A stretch of 63,259 nt of DNA, counting the filler, from Octopus bimaculoides (taxonomy: Eukaryota): NCBI RefSeq assembly GCF_001194135.2. It is 5 parts of 5 records of this genome, joined end to end, with 100 filler letters (N's around TTAATTAATTAA, not from the genome) between each part and the next. Parts side by side here need not be neighbours in the genome. Positions count along the whole stretch, not along the records: positions 1 to 26,184 come from NC_069005.1; 4 more parts are not named here. The stretch is one strand, 5' to 3'. Shown piece after piece: positions 1-11,345 of the stretch. Position 1 is the first letter of the stretch, and each line of letters begins with the position of its first letter. The notes below the pieces were generated by a model that was given only the letters and a program-made list of their open reading frames with translations, did no database searches and was not told the DNA's origin. The position numbers were made by a program, and so were the translations under genes.

Positions 1-201
1 ATATATCATCATCATTTAATGTCTGTTGTCCATGCTGGCATGGATTGGACAGTTTGACCAGGGCTGGCAAGCAGGAGAGCTGCACCAGGATCCAGTCTGA
101 TTTGGCTAAGTTTCTACAGCTGGATGCCATTTACAGTGTGATGGGTGCTTTTACATGGCACCAGCACAGGGCTTTTGTAGGTTAATCCTTTTCATCAGGG
201 A
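1..201 (-). mobile_element. RTE-LINE 3' tail fragment
   Basis: (cat)n tail plus gtccatgctggcatggattggacagtttg, the reverse complement of the 3' end seen on RTE copies at 39260 and 5640. Identical to 693-931. Confidence 0.75.
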
Positions 202-211
202 NNNNNNNNNN

Positions 212-213
<2 letters not shown>

Positions 214-250
<37 letters not shown>

Positions 251-455
251 CATGTTTGTGTTGTCCTCCACCATTGCTTGATAACCATTGTAGGTTTGTT
301 TATGTCCCTCTAACTCAATGGTTTTGCAAAAAAACAGGCTTAGAATGTGCACCAGGCTTAAATATAAGTATTGGGGATCGATTTGCTCAACTAAATCCTT
401 CAAGGTGGTGCCCCAGTATGGTTGTAGTCCAAAGATTAAAACAATTTCTATAGAT
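214..455 (+). mobile_element. SINE family 1, 3' half (from the internal (TG)n onward)
   Basis: ttgcttgataacc...ggggatcgatttgctcaactaaa...ccagtatgg...aaaca, homologous to the copies at 1905, 7165 and 18190. Confidence 0.7.
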
Positions 456-499
456 TAAATATCTCTCTCTCTATCTATCTATCTATGAGTGTGTGTTAA

Positions 500-543
<44 letters not shown>

Positions 544-692
544 TTTTTGGGGGACACAGTAAGGTGTGGTGTGTATGGTCACCAAATGAATTTCATAATA
601 AAATAACACCAAAAATTTTCAAGAATGAAACATTGTGTAAAAATGTGTGTGTATATAAATAAGATGTATATAGCAGGCACCAATGCACTCGT

Positions 693-931
693 ATATATCA
701 TCATCATTTAATGTCTGTTGTCCATGCTGGCATGGATTGGACAGTTTGACCAGGGCTGGCAAGCAGGAGAGCTGCACCAGGATCCAGTCTGATTTGGCTA
801 AGTTTCTACAGCTGGATGCCATTTACNNNNNNNNNNNNNNNNNNNNNNNNNNNNNNNNNNNNNNNNNNNGATGGGTGCTTTTACATGGCACCAGCACAGG
901 GCTTTTGTAGGTTAATCCTTTTCATCAGGGA
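693..931 (-). mobile_element. RTE-LINE 3' tail fragment (duplicate of 1-201)
   Basis: Sequence identical to 1-201 across an N gap. Confidence 0.7.
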
Positions 932-1024
932 GTTGCATTAACAATTCTGCTGTGAAGGACAGGTCTTACATACATACATACATACACACATACATACATA
1001 CATACATATATATATATCATCACC

Positions 1025-1350
1025 ATCATCATCATCATCGTCTTTTGACGTCCATTGTCCATGCTGGCATGGGTTGGACAGTTTGACCAGGGCTGGCAAA
1101 CCGGAAGGTTGTACTAGACTCCAGTCTGATTTGGCATGGTTTCTATGGCTGAATGCCCTTCCTAACACCAACCACTCCAAGAGGGTAATGGGTGCTTTTA
1201 CATACCACCAGCATGGGTGCCAGTTGCATGACACCAGTGTCTGCCACGACTATGATTTCTCTTGGCTTGATAGATCTTCTCAAGCATGGCATATTACCAG
1301 GGGTCTTGGAAATATATCATTGCACCCCGTGAGGCCCAACACTTGAATGG
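1025..1350 (-). mobile_element. 5'-truncated RTE-LINE 3' end
   Basis: (cat)n tail, 3' UTR, and ORF end (ctatgatttctcttggcttgatagatcttctcaagca...gtgaggcccaaca) shared with 62200-62520. Confidence 0.75.
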
Positions 1351-1589
1351 TGCTTTTTAGATTGACTCTAATGTACTCAGTCAATCATTTAATATAATAT
1401 CCAATAACATTTCTTTTTAAGAGTTGCTCCAGCATGGCCTGAGTCCAATAACTGAAATCAGTGATCATCATTTTGTCTAGTTTAATTAGGCAATTAGGGT
1501 TATCAACATAACATTACAATAGCAGAAATTAAGACATTGGACAATTGCTATTCCTGCCTCACAAGAGCCGCTCTTCTGTACAGGACACA

Positions 1590-1750
1590 AGTCCCTTGTA
1601 AAGGAACTCCACCTTCTACTGGTGGTGTTTCATTTTCTATGAAATGGACTTTGTAGAACGACATAGTAGACTGTTTGGTTAAGGAATTGAACCAGCGACC
1701 TTAGGATTATGAACCTAACATCTTCAATCAACAGGCTATGTGTCTTCACT
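1590..1750 (-). mobile_element. tRNA-headed SINE remnant (family 3-like)
   Basis: Minus strand reads cacatagcctgttg...ggtcgctggttcaattcc, giving degenerate A and B boxes. Confidence 0.5.
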
Positions 1751-1904
1751 ATAGGATTCTTACCTTTTGAGATAGAAATTTTAAAGAAACAAGATACTCA
1801 AATTTATTAACATTTAGAAGTGAAAAAGGAAATAATTTTTTACTTGTAGCTCAATCTGGCAATCCTCTTGGTATGAGGTAAATTTGGCTGTTATTACTTG
1901 CAAG

Positions 1905-2292
1905 TTAGGTGTGGCTGTGTGGTAAGAATCTTACTTCCCAACCACATGGTTCTGGGTTCACTCCTATTGTATGGCACCTTGGGCAAGTATCTTCTACTAT
2001 AGCCTTGGGCCGACCAAGCCTTGTGAGTGGATTTGGTAGACATAAACTGAAGGAAGCCTGTTTTATATGTGTGTGTGTGTGTCTTTGTGTCTCTCTCCTA
2101 TCCCATTGTTTGACAACTAGTGTTGGTGCGTTTACATCCCAATAGCATAGCAGTTCAGCAAAAGAGACTGATAGAACAAGTACCAGGCTTCAAAAGAACT
2201 AAGTACTGGGTTTGATTCATTTGGTCAAAAACTCTTCAACGTGGTACCCCAGCACTGTCACAGTTTAATGACTGAAACAAGTAAAAGATATA
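1905..2292 (+). mobile_element. SINE family 1, near full length, with internal (TG)n
   Basis: A box tggctgtgtgg, B box ggttcactcc, ggcaccttgggcaagt core, (TG)n, 3' end aatgactgaaacaagtaaaaga. Confidence 0.85.
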
Positions 2293-2564
2293 AAACTAAA
2301 GACAAAAGCTATAACATGCTTCTGCCCCCCCTTTTATCTGATGTGTGTTTGAAGATGTTTAGCTCTGTTCTAAAAGAGATTTGACTGCTATTTCTAAAGG
2401 GCAACTGATGGCATAGAAGCTACCTCTATTGCGTAATACCCTAGATTGTTGATTGAATTACCAACCAGCATGGACAGACTTATTGTAATAATATCTATTA
2501 TAAATTAAATGTTACTTTAGCTGGTTACATAACTAATCTGAGCAATGATAGTGAACCTCTTTAG

Positions 2565-2720
2565 ACTGGTGTGGTAACAGGTCTGCTTCCCAACCACATG
2601 GTTCCATTCAAAACCATGCATAGCACCTCAGGCAGATGTCTTCTACTATAGTCCAAGGCTGACCAAAGTTTTATGAGTGGATTTGGTAGACAGAAACTGA
2701 AAGAAGCCCACAGTGCATGC
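2565..2720 (+). mobile_element. SINE family 1, 5' half
   Basis: gtgtggtaa...cttcccaaccacatggtt...gagtggatttggtagacagaaactgaaagaagccc. Confidence 0.8.
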
Positions 2721-2746
2721 ACACGCCTGTGCGCACACGCACACAC

Positions 2747-2803
<57 letters not shown>

Positions 2804-3035
2804 TTTCAGTCAATGGACTTTCTATTTCCATTCACCTCAGCAATGTAACTACACACGTGCTGTTTGTGATTTCTTTTCCTTCTTTGGATTCTTCCCTTTC
2901 TCCTTTCCAATGAAGAGCTATGCTCGGAACATCAAAAACTCTCTCTTTTTATTGGGTGCCAAACTAATACATTCCTTGTGCACATCTTCTTGTTGTTTGT
3001 TATTGTTAATTCTATTGTTCATTTATTTGAATTTA

Positions 3036-3079
<44 letters not shown>

Positions 3080-3184
3080 ATGTATATATATGTAAAATTA
3101 TCAAATTATAATCATAAATTAATACACTCCCTATGGTTTTCTCTTGTATTGTACTATATATTCTATGTTTTGTAGAATGATACA

Positions 3185-3392
3185 TTAAGGAGACACACAG
3201 ACACATACACATAAATATATATATATATACATACATACATACATACATACATACACAATGGGCTTCTTTCAGCTTCCATTTATCAAATCCACTCACAGGG
3301 CTTTGATCACCATAAGGCTATAGTACAAGACACTTGCCCGAACCTGTAACCATGTGCTTGGGAAGCAAGCTTCTTACCACACAACCACGCCT
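3185..3392 (-). mobile_element. SINE family 1, 5' half, inverted relative to 2565-2720
   Basis: gggcttctttcagcttccatttatcaaatccactcac...cttaccacacaaccacgcc. Confidence 0.8.
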
Positions 3393-3394
3393 AT

Positions 3395-3512
3395 TTTTAG
3401 AATGACATTGTCAACCAGATGTGAGAGGCTGGATCTGGCCAGTTTGATCATAAAGCTGATAGAACATTTGGGCTGGACATGGCTGGTTTAAATGCTAAGT
3501 GTTAAATGTTTT
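3395..3512 (-). mobile_element. Partial piggyBac-type MITE (same family as 49252 and 49990)
   Basis: gatgtgagaggctggatctggccagtttg...ggtttaaatgctaagtgttaa matches 49390-49480. Confidence 0.65.
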
Positions 3513-3573
3513 AAGAAAATTATTATTTGAATACACGAAAAGTTTTGTGTTGTTTTTGTTATTTTCCTTGCAG

Positions 3574-3707
3574 TTGAAAATGAAATGGACAAAATGAAAA
3601 AGAAGGAAAAAATCAGCAAGCACGAATTGCGACGGTTCATCTTTAACATCAGCAACAAAATACCGAACAACTACACAAGCTTTATTGACTGTGCGAGCAG
3701 CATGCAG
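3574..3707 (+). CDS. EFCAB5: EFCAB5-like gene, internal coding exon A (phase 1 in, phase 0 out): xENEMDKMKKKEKISKHELRRFIFNISNKIPNNYTSFIDCASSMQ
   Basis: Acceptor attttccttgcag|, donor CAG|gtatga. 134 nt with only one open frame. Joins exon B in frame. Weak resemblance to the EF-hand-proximal helix region of EFCAB5 as recalled; the assignment rests mainly on exons B-E. Confidence 0.75.
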
Positions 3708-4089
3708 GTATGAAGGGAGGCAACTTTATATTCACTTTACATCTCCAAAAAAATGTCACAGCAGTAATCATATTTACTACATCATGCTTAGATGTACAAC
3801 CAGCTTTCTTTGTTTCTTTCTTCCTCTCTTCTTTCTCCATGACCATTGTAGGATGTTGTAGCAATATGGTGGAGCTTATTCCAGATTTCAGACAATAAGC
3901 AACGAGAGAAGAATTTGCAGGGAATGCTCTTTTATTACATTTTGCTCCAACTAGTTAGCAACACAATCTGTGTCCGATATATTGCAAGCAGGGAGCAAAC
4001 CCCTACCATCTAGCAATGAAAAAGATCAGGATACCAGTCTGGTTTTTAGGGTATTTCCCTTTGTCTGTACTAGACACCCGTCTGCTAGA

Positions 4090-4310
4090 CATGGCATTCG
4101 TTGATCTTACCTTGCAATATATAGAAAAACAAGTGACGTTCAGCTGCTGATTTTCCAACAAGCAAAGTAACTAGTTCTAAAATCTCTATAAAAGATGTAA
4201 GCAGTAGATTGCCCTCCCCCCTCTTGCCTTCTCCAGGTACATGACAGAATTTGTGTTGAACTCTGCAATGAAACACTTGTCATTTGCACAGAACTGTGCC
4301 TCCTCATTAT
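4090..4310 (+). pseudogene. Highly decayed non-LTR reverse transcriptase remnant (RTE-like)
   Basis: Reads DMAFVDLT...DCPPPSCLLQVHD, compatible with the RT motif xAFVDLxKAFD...GCPxxF; broken by indels. Confidence 0.4.
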
Positions 4311-4547
4311 ACCTTCAGTACATACATACACATGTAAATACATATATACATTCATATATTCAGGCATACATACATATATAGACATACAGACACACATACA
4401 TACGTACATACATACATACATACATACATACATACATAAACAAACAAACATACCTACATATACACATACATACGGAGACATAATGCATACATACATGCAT
4501 ACATATATGCATACATACATACATAAACAAACATACATACCTACATA

Positions 4548-4613
<66 letters not shown>

Positions 4614-5432
4614 CATACATACAGAGGCATGCATACATACATACATACATACATACATACATACATACATACTTGCATCTATGCATGCATGCATAGATGC
4701 ATACATTCATGATGGCTGCAACTCAATTTCAAACAATGCCACCATTGCTTGGTTGTCCTCTTAAAGCAATCTAGATGTAGCTTTTCAGTTCTGCAAGAGA
4801 GACTTACACGCTTTTGCTCAGACGTGGCAATGATGGGCATATCTTACAGCAGTTGTTCAAGCAGTTACCACTGACACTGTCACATGCCTTCATTCCATTA
4901 CCGAATTTTTCATTGAGTAATTTTCTCTTTCTTGGCTACGGCCTAACATAAGTAAGCAACACATAATAGAAATGTTAAAAATCAGTTGATGCCTGTATCT
5001 GAAGTTTTTAAAAACAAAGAAAGGCCTTGTACAGGGGCCAACCCCACTCTCTAAACAACATATGCATGGTCAAGCAATTAATAGCTAAACCAGTAACCCT
5101 ACCAAGCCTGCTTGGTAAGGAGGGTGGTTTTCATTGGACCCCCTACAGGATGGAAAACAAACCTTACCAAAGGGCAGATGAACTCAGCTGTAAGTGAGAG
5201 ATCCCTTAACATTTATCTAGACATCTCTCTAGGAGAGGGAGAATGCATACATACATACATACATACATACATATCACCCACTCCTCCCTCACCTACTTTC
5301 TTTTCTCCACTTCCCCTCCTCCAAACTGATTTTCACTGTGTCCACCTAATCCCCATCTCTAATCATCTAATCACTCTAGTGCACTTGTTTAAAACCTCTA
5401 AGGATCAGAGAGGTTTAGACAAGCATGCTTGA

Positions 5433-5808
5433 GTGAAAATAGCCTATTCTCTCTCTCACAAATTCACTTTGTACCCCAACTTTACATCTTTCCGTCTTTT
5501 TCCTGATGTTGAAGCCATGTATTCACCTCTTCAGCAAGACACTTGCTGCTCTCTCTCTATCATACTTTCATATCTCTTAATACTACACTCCAATCATTTG
5601 AAGGGTCTTGACTTGTGAGTTACTTGGTGACCACACCAATGCTAGTGTTATGAAAAAACATCCAGTGGTTGACATTAGGAAGGGCATGCAGCCATAGAAA
5701 CCATACCAAAACTGACATTAGAGCCCAGTGTAGCTCTTTAGCTCATCTGTTTGTGTTGAATCATCCAACCCCTATCAGTATGAAAAAGGTCTCATTAAAT
5801 GATGATGA
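5433..5808 (+). mobile_element. RTE-LINE 3' UTR and tail remnant
   Basis: ggttgacattaggaagggcatgcagccatagaaacc...catccaaccc...ttaaatgatgatgat. Confidence 0.7.
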
Positions 5809-6508
5809 TACATTGCAAGGCCTTCTGAAGATTTAAAGGATGATGGTTAAAACAAGATACTTTCATTCATGACCTTGCTCCCATATAGGTAACCAGTCAA
5901 AATCTACTCTGAATTAAAAAGAGAAAGAGAACATACCTACATACATATCCACCCACCATTTCTCTCTCAAATTTGGTATTAAATATATTTTTTTTCTGCT
6001 ATATTGTTTTATTTAACCATAGCATTGTTTTTGTTTGTTTTTTATCTCTACCAGATAATCTATCAGTTACTTAACTCAGTTCAAGTTAAACTCTTTGTTC
6101 TCCATTCTGTTTTGCATTATCGTTTATAATCTCTAATATTAGTTTACATAATTTAGATGTTCAGACATATCATGGTGAGGCACCTTATGTTATGTGAGAC
6201 ATAAATATATAAAACATGTTATCTCTGAATAAAGTTTTACATGTCCTGCTGTGACAAGTAACTGATCAGTTATTTGTAGAGATAAAAAAATAACACAGTT
6301 AACAAAAAACCAAGAACAAGTTTAATATCTAGTAGTACAATTAAAAAGAAAATAGTAGAAAAAATAGGATTTAGGTCTGTAATTTAAGAGAGAGAGAGGA
6401 TCAGTTGTCGGTCAGCAGTGCAATTACTGGAACAGTCATCTGGCAAGGAATATATATATGTGCACACATGTACACACACACACATGTACACACACACGTA
6501 CACACACA

Positions 6509-6554
<46 letters not shown>

Positions 6555-7164
6555 NNNNNNNNNNNNNNNNNNNNNNNNNNNNNNNNNNNNNNNNNNNNNN
6601 NNNNNNNNNNNNNNNNNNNNNNNNNNNNNNNNNNNNNNNNNNNNNNNNNNNNNNNNNNNNNNNNNNNNNNNNNNNNNNNNNNNNNNNNNNNNNNNNTCTT
6701 ATATATATATATATATATATGTATACTTATGTTATATTCTGTTAGGAACATGGTACAGTACAGTATAAATCTCATCCATCTTCAGAATTACCCAGTACTG
6801 TCAGTCGTATTATTATATACTTCCAAGTTTAAGTTTGGGCATTCATCATGTGTGAATGTAAAATTGAAAAAATTGGAGTCAAGTAGAAAGAGTAGGGTTG
6901 GACATTTATTTATTATTTGCTACAATTGTTTCAACGCAATGTAATTCTCCAAGAATACAGGTATTTGATTATGCAACTGTTTGTTTGAATAATGAGATCT
7001 AGTTGTGTTTCCTCAGGTGATATACGAGTGTTATCTCTATTAGTTTAAAATCATCAACTTCAAGGTCATCTTTTCTGGTCGTTGTTGTTTGAATTTAGTA
7101 GCGGCTGATAGACACATGGTGTTTGCCGTCGGACTGCTATGAATGGTAGTAAATGGTATTCCTA

Positions 7165-7995
7165 TATATTACTCTTTACTCTTTTACCTGTTTCAGTCAT
7201 TTGACTGTGGCCATGCTGGAGCACCGCCTTTAGTTGAGCAAATCGACCCCAGGACTTATTATTTGTAAGCCTAGTACTTATTTTATCGGTCTCTTTTGCC
7301 GAACCACTAAGTTGCGGGGACGAAAACACACCAGCATCGGTTGTCAAGCGATGTTGGGGGGGACAAACACAGACACACAGACATATACACACACATACAC
7401 ACACACACACACACANNNNNNNNNNNNNNNNNNNNNNNNNNNNNNNNNNNNNNNNNNNNNNNNNNNNNNNNNNNNNNNNNNNNNNNNNNNNNNNNNNNNN
7501 NNNNNNNNNNNNNNNNNNNNNNNNNNNNNNNNNNNNNNNNNNNNNNNNNNNNNNNNNNNNNNNNNNNNNNNNNNNNNNNNNNNNNNNNNNNNNNNNNNNN
7601 NNNNNNNNNNNNNNNNNNNNNNNNNNNNNNNNNNNNNNNNNNNNNNNNNNNNNNNNNNNNNNNNNNNNNNNNNNNNNNNNNNNNNNNNNNNNNNNNNNNN
7701 NNNNNNNNNNNNNNNNNNNNNNNNNNNNNNNNNNNNNNNNNNNNNNNNNNNNNNNNNNNNNNNNNNNNNNNNNNNNNNNNNNNNNNNNNNNNNNNNNNNN
7801 NNNNNNNNNNNNNNNNNNNNNNNNNNNNNNNNNNNNNNNNNNNNNNNNNNNNNNNNNNNNNNNNNNNNNNNNNNNNNNNNNNNNNNNNNNNNNNNNNNNN
7901 NNNNNNNNNNNNNNNNNNNNNNNNNNNNNNNNNNNNNNNNNNNNNNNNNNNNNNNNNNNNNNNNNNNNNACACAGCCACTCCTACGCCTATACAT
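7165..7995 (-). mobile_element. SINE family 1, young copy spanning an N gap
   Basis: CpG-rich 3' half at 7165-7414 and head cacagccactcctacgcc at 7970-7990; the gap opens at the internal (CA)n. Confidence 0.85.
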
Positions 7996-8555
7996 ATATT
8001 CTTTTTTTCTGTTTTTTTTTTAATGTTTCAGCTGCAAAGCTGCGGTCATGCTGCAGCACTTGTATGTGGTTTGCAAGATTCTTTATGTGAATTCGTGTGT
8101 TGCAGCATATTTTATTGTGTCTGGGGAGAGTCATTCTCTTTTAGTGCCTTATTAATAATTTAACACACTCACCAGTCTGATTTCCACTCATTACTAAAAT
8201 TTTCATTGCAACTTGCAGCCTTTTGAATAGTTGTTGCTTCTGTCAATATCGGAATTGCATTCATTCCTTTTTATTTGTTTGTATGCATGCATGTGCACCA
8301 GTGTGTGTGTACATATACATGTATATATGTGTGTTTGTATGTATGTGTGCATGTGTGTCTGTATGTGTGTGTGTGTGTATTTGTGTGTGTACCTCTGTCT
8401 CCTTGTGTGTGCATGTTTGAGTGCATCTGTGTATAGGTTTGTGTGACTATGTATGTGCATCTGTTATGTATGGATGTGTGCCTCCACATGTATCCTTGTG
8501 TGAAGTGTGTGTGTGTATATGGTCATGTGTTTCAGTCTTCATTTGTATGCATGTA

Positions 8556-8604
<49 letters not shown>

Positions 8605-8814
8605 CTGTCTGTCCATATTACCTATGTACCTATCTATCTGTCCATTTACATATCCACATATATAAAGATATACACATATACACACAAACACGCATACACA
8701 CACACACACACATGACCTATTAACAACACTGTATATATATATACATATGTATATATACATACATACATACATACATATATATANNNNNNNNNNNNATATA
8801 TATATATATATATA

Positions 8815-8940
8815 AATCATCGCTTGACAACTGATGTTGGTATGTTTATGTCCCCATAATTTAGCAGTTTGGCAAAAGTACTAGGCTTACAAAGAATAAG
8901 TCCTGGGGTCAATTACTTTGACTAAAAGGCAGTGCTCCAG
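8815..8940 (+). mobile_element. SINE family 1, 3' half (left arm of an inverted pair)
   Basis: atcatcgcttgacaactg...gaataagtcctggggtc...ggcagtgctccag. Confidence 0.8.
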
Positions 8941-8980
8941 ACATTGTTATTAGTAGGCCATGTATATATATATGTATACA

Positions 8981-9310
8981 CCCCAGGACTTATTCTTTGT
9001 AAGCCTAGTACTTAATCTATCAGTCTCTTTTGCCAAACTGCTAAATTATGGGGACATAAACACACCAACGTCAGTTGTCAAGCGATGATTGGGGGCAAAC
9101 ACATACACACAAACATACACACACGCGCGCGCGCGCGCGCATACATACAACAGGCTTCTTTCAATTTCTGTCTACCAAATCCACTTACAAGGCTTTGGTT
9201 GGCTCAAGGCTATAGTGGAAGACACTTGCCCAAGGTACCACACAGTGGGATTGAACCCAGAACCATGTGGTTGGGAAGCAAGCTTCTTATCACACACAGC
9301 CACGCCTGTT
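8981..9310 (-). mobile_element. SINE family 1 (right arm of the inverted pair plus 5' half)
   Basis: ccccaggacttattctttg...caggcttctttcaatttctgtctaccaaatcc...cacacagccacgcc. Confidence 0.85.
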
Positions 9311-9466
9311 TACTTTTCTGTCTTTTTTTGTGTGTGTTTTATTCTGTGCACTTTTCATGCACTTTTGGTTTTCATTGCTGTCTTTTTTTACTCAACTTAT
9401 TGCTACTTTCTGTCCCATCTTTTACTCTTTTCCGAGGAATTGTAGCTTATTATTATATATTTTATG

Positions 9467-9690
9467 AAGGCGGCGAGCTGGCAGAATCGTTAGCACACTG
9501 AGCAGACAAGATGCTTAGTGGCATTTTGTCTGTCTTTACGTTCTGAGCTCAAATTCTGCTGAGGTCAACTTTGCCTTTCATCCCTTTTGGGTCAATGAAA
9601 TAAGTACCAGTTGAGTACAGGGGTCAATGTAATCAACTTACCCTTCCCACAAAACTGCTGGCCTTGTACCAAAAGCTGAAAGCATTATCA
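9467..9690 (+). mobile_element. SINE family 2
   Basis: aaggcggcgagctggcagaatcgttagc...gagctcaaattctgctgaggtcaactttgcctttcatcc...aagtaccagttgagtacaggggtc; homologues at 20845, 21095, 29697, 42455 and 51120. Confidence 0.8.
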
Positions 9691-10159
9691 TATATTTATA
9701 AACCATCAGATGAATTCATGAGATATACCTAAAGAAAAAGACAAAAAGTCCTGCAATATATTGTTTAAAAAGGATTATTGATATATTCACCAACTTGAAT
9801 TCCAGTTTACCTTTTCTAAAGACTTGACTCTTTTGTTGCCATATTTTTGTTCTTTCAACTAATTTTGAAAATAATGAAGAAAAATAATTAGTAAAATAAG
9901 TTTGCCATTGTTAAAAATGGTGTTTGGAACATAAATTAGCATGAAATTATGGCAGAAGGTCTTAATTTGAGTTACTTTAAAACTGAAAGTTTGCATCTTA
10001 GAACCTGGGCCAGTCTCAAGCAGACTTGCTATCAAAAAGGCTAAAATTAATTCTGTAAATGAATTATTGTAAAATTATTTCATCCAACTATCATGAAATG
10101 GAAAAAACCTCAACCAATTTTCAAGAATGTAAAGAATTTATCCTTCTTTTGTTTTTCAG

Positions 10160-10288
10160 ATGAGCAAATCAGAAGTAAATCGAGGTGGCTTGCGCAAAGA
10201 ATGGTACCACAAAATCATATATACTGGCAGAACAAGTGGAACTGATATGGCACTGGTTTATGATATTGTAATCAAGACCCTCCATAAG
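10160..10288 (+). CDS. EFCAB5: EFCAB5-like exon B (phase 0/0): MSKSEVNRGGLRKEWYHKIIYTGRTSGTDMALVYDIVIKTLHK
   Basis: Acceptor cttttgtttttcag|, donor AAG|gtatag. 129 nt = 43 codons. Aligns to recalled human EFCAB5 [32 protein letters not shown]. Confidence 0.85.
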
Positions 10289-10836
10289 GTATAGTGGTTT
10301 CTTATTCTTCTTTTCACAGGCAACATTTCTAAGCAAAACAAACATATTTGGTCTCACATTTGGCTAAACCCCAACCTTTTATTTTTCTCAAGGTTTAGTT
10401 GGGAGGAAGAGGAAGAAGTGGCAGGGGTGGTGGCAACTGTGGCAGCACAACCCCTATGTCTCTCCTTTCCAGGGCCTCTAAGGTCGGTGGGAAGAAGTTA
10501 TTTCCAGACTGCAGACCCAACACAAATACCTGAGTGGTGGCAGATGGTGGTACAGTAACATGCAGCTATTCATATTTTATGTTATTTTTTATTTCCTAGG
10601 TAGCAGAGAGAAAAACAGTGCACATGACTTTTGACAGGGCTTCTGACACAGGTAGGGCAGAGGGTATTCTCAAGCTGGACATCTGATTAAATTGCTTGCA
10701 TCTGCATCAGAGTGGACTCTTCTAAAAGCACCTAAGCTCCAGATGGTGGTGTTAAAGTGGACAATATGATATTATCTTCTACCTTAGAAGAGAGAGAGGG
10801 GGGGAGAGGGGGGTAGAGAGAGAAAGAAAGAGAGAG

Positions 10837-10884
<48 letters not shown>

Positions 10885-11062
10885 ACCCTTTCAATGAGCT
10901 TCCATACAATTTCCATCTACCAAATTGCATTCATAAGGTGTTAGTTGACCTGAAGCTGTCCAAAGTGCTGGTGGCCAGTTGGTTCAAATCTGAATCACAC
11001 AGTGAATTGAACTGGGATATTTTATTCATCATCATACTGCTTATAAATTCAAAGGCAACATA

Positions 11063-11345
11063 AAAGACACCTGTGCAAGTGACACACCAAAGGCACTCTT
11101 GCCACTTACATGTAAATGCCACCCATGCTGGTGACACATAAAAGGTACCCATGTTGATAACATGTTGTAGGCACCTGTACCAGTGACATGTAAATGACAC
11201 CTTTGCCAGTGACACATAAAGGCACCTATGCCATTGATACTTATAGGGACCAGTGCCAGTGACATAAAAGGCACCCATGCTGGTGACACGTAGATGGCAC
11301 CTGTGCCGGTGACACGTAAAAGGCACCCATGCTGGCAACATGTAA
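11063..11345 (+). repeat. Degenerate minisatellite, about 24-28 nt unit (ggcacccatgctggtgacacrtaaaa), about 10 units
   Basis: Visible tandem units, related to the gccggtggcacgtaaaaagcac repeat in RTE 3' UTRs (39440-39580, minus strand). Confidence 0.75.

Noticed and set aside
1-931. Identical duplication of 1-201 at 693-931
   Set aside because: 100% identical and bounded by N gaps; most likely redundant contig ends or uncollapsed haplotypes.
1905-1985. tRNA-like A/B boxes as tRNA genes (all SINE heads)
   Set aside because: No cloverleaf, and they continue into SINE bodies.
6401-8163. Long ORFs in the track with X runs or HT/CV/YI/MY repeats (also 4140-4710, 24992-25885, 54855-55661, 57085-57531)
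   Set aside because: They run through N gaps and microsatellites; not genes.
10160-10243. RGGLRKEWY read as a HECT-domain start, and the alternative frame EQIRSKSRWLAQ...WN*
   Set aside because: The downstream sequence does not fit HECT, and exon phases and homology favour the EFCAB5 frame.
10600-10651. Exon-like segment VAERKTVHMTFDRASDT with good ag/gt sites
   Set aside because: 52 nt would frameshift exons B-C, which already join in frame and match EFCAB5 contiguously; at most a cryptic or poison exon.
11063-11345. Regularly spaced repeats as a CRISPR array
   Set aside because: Eukaryotic context, degenerate tandem units without unique spacers, and no cas genes.
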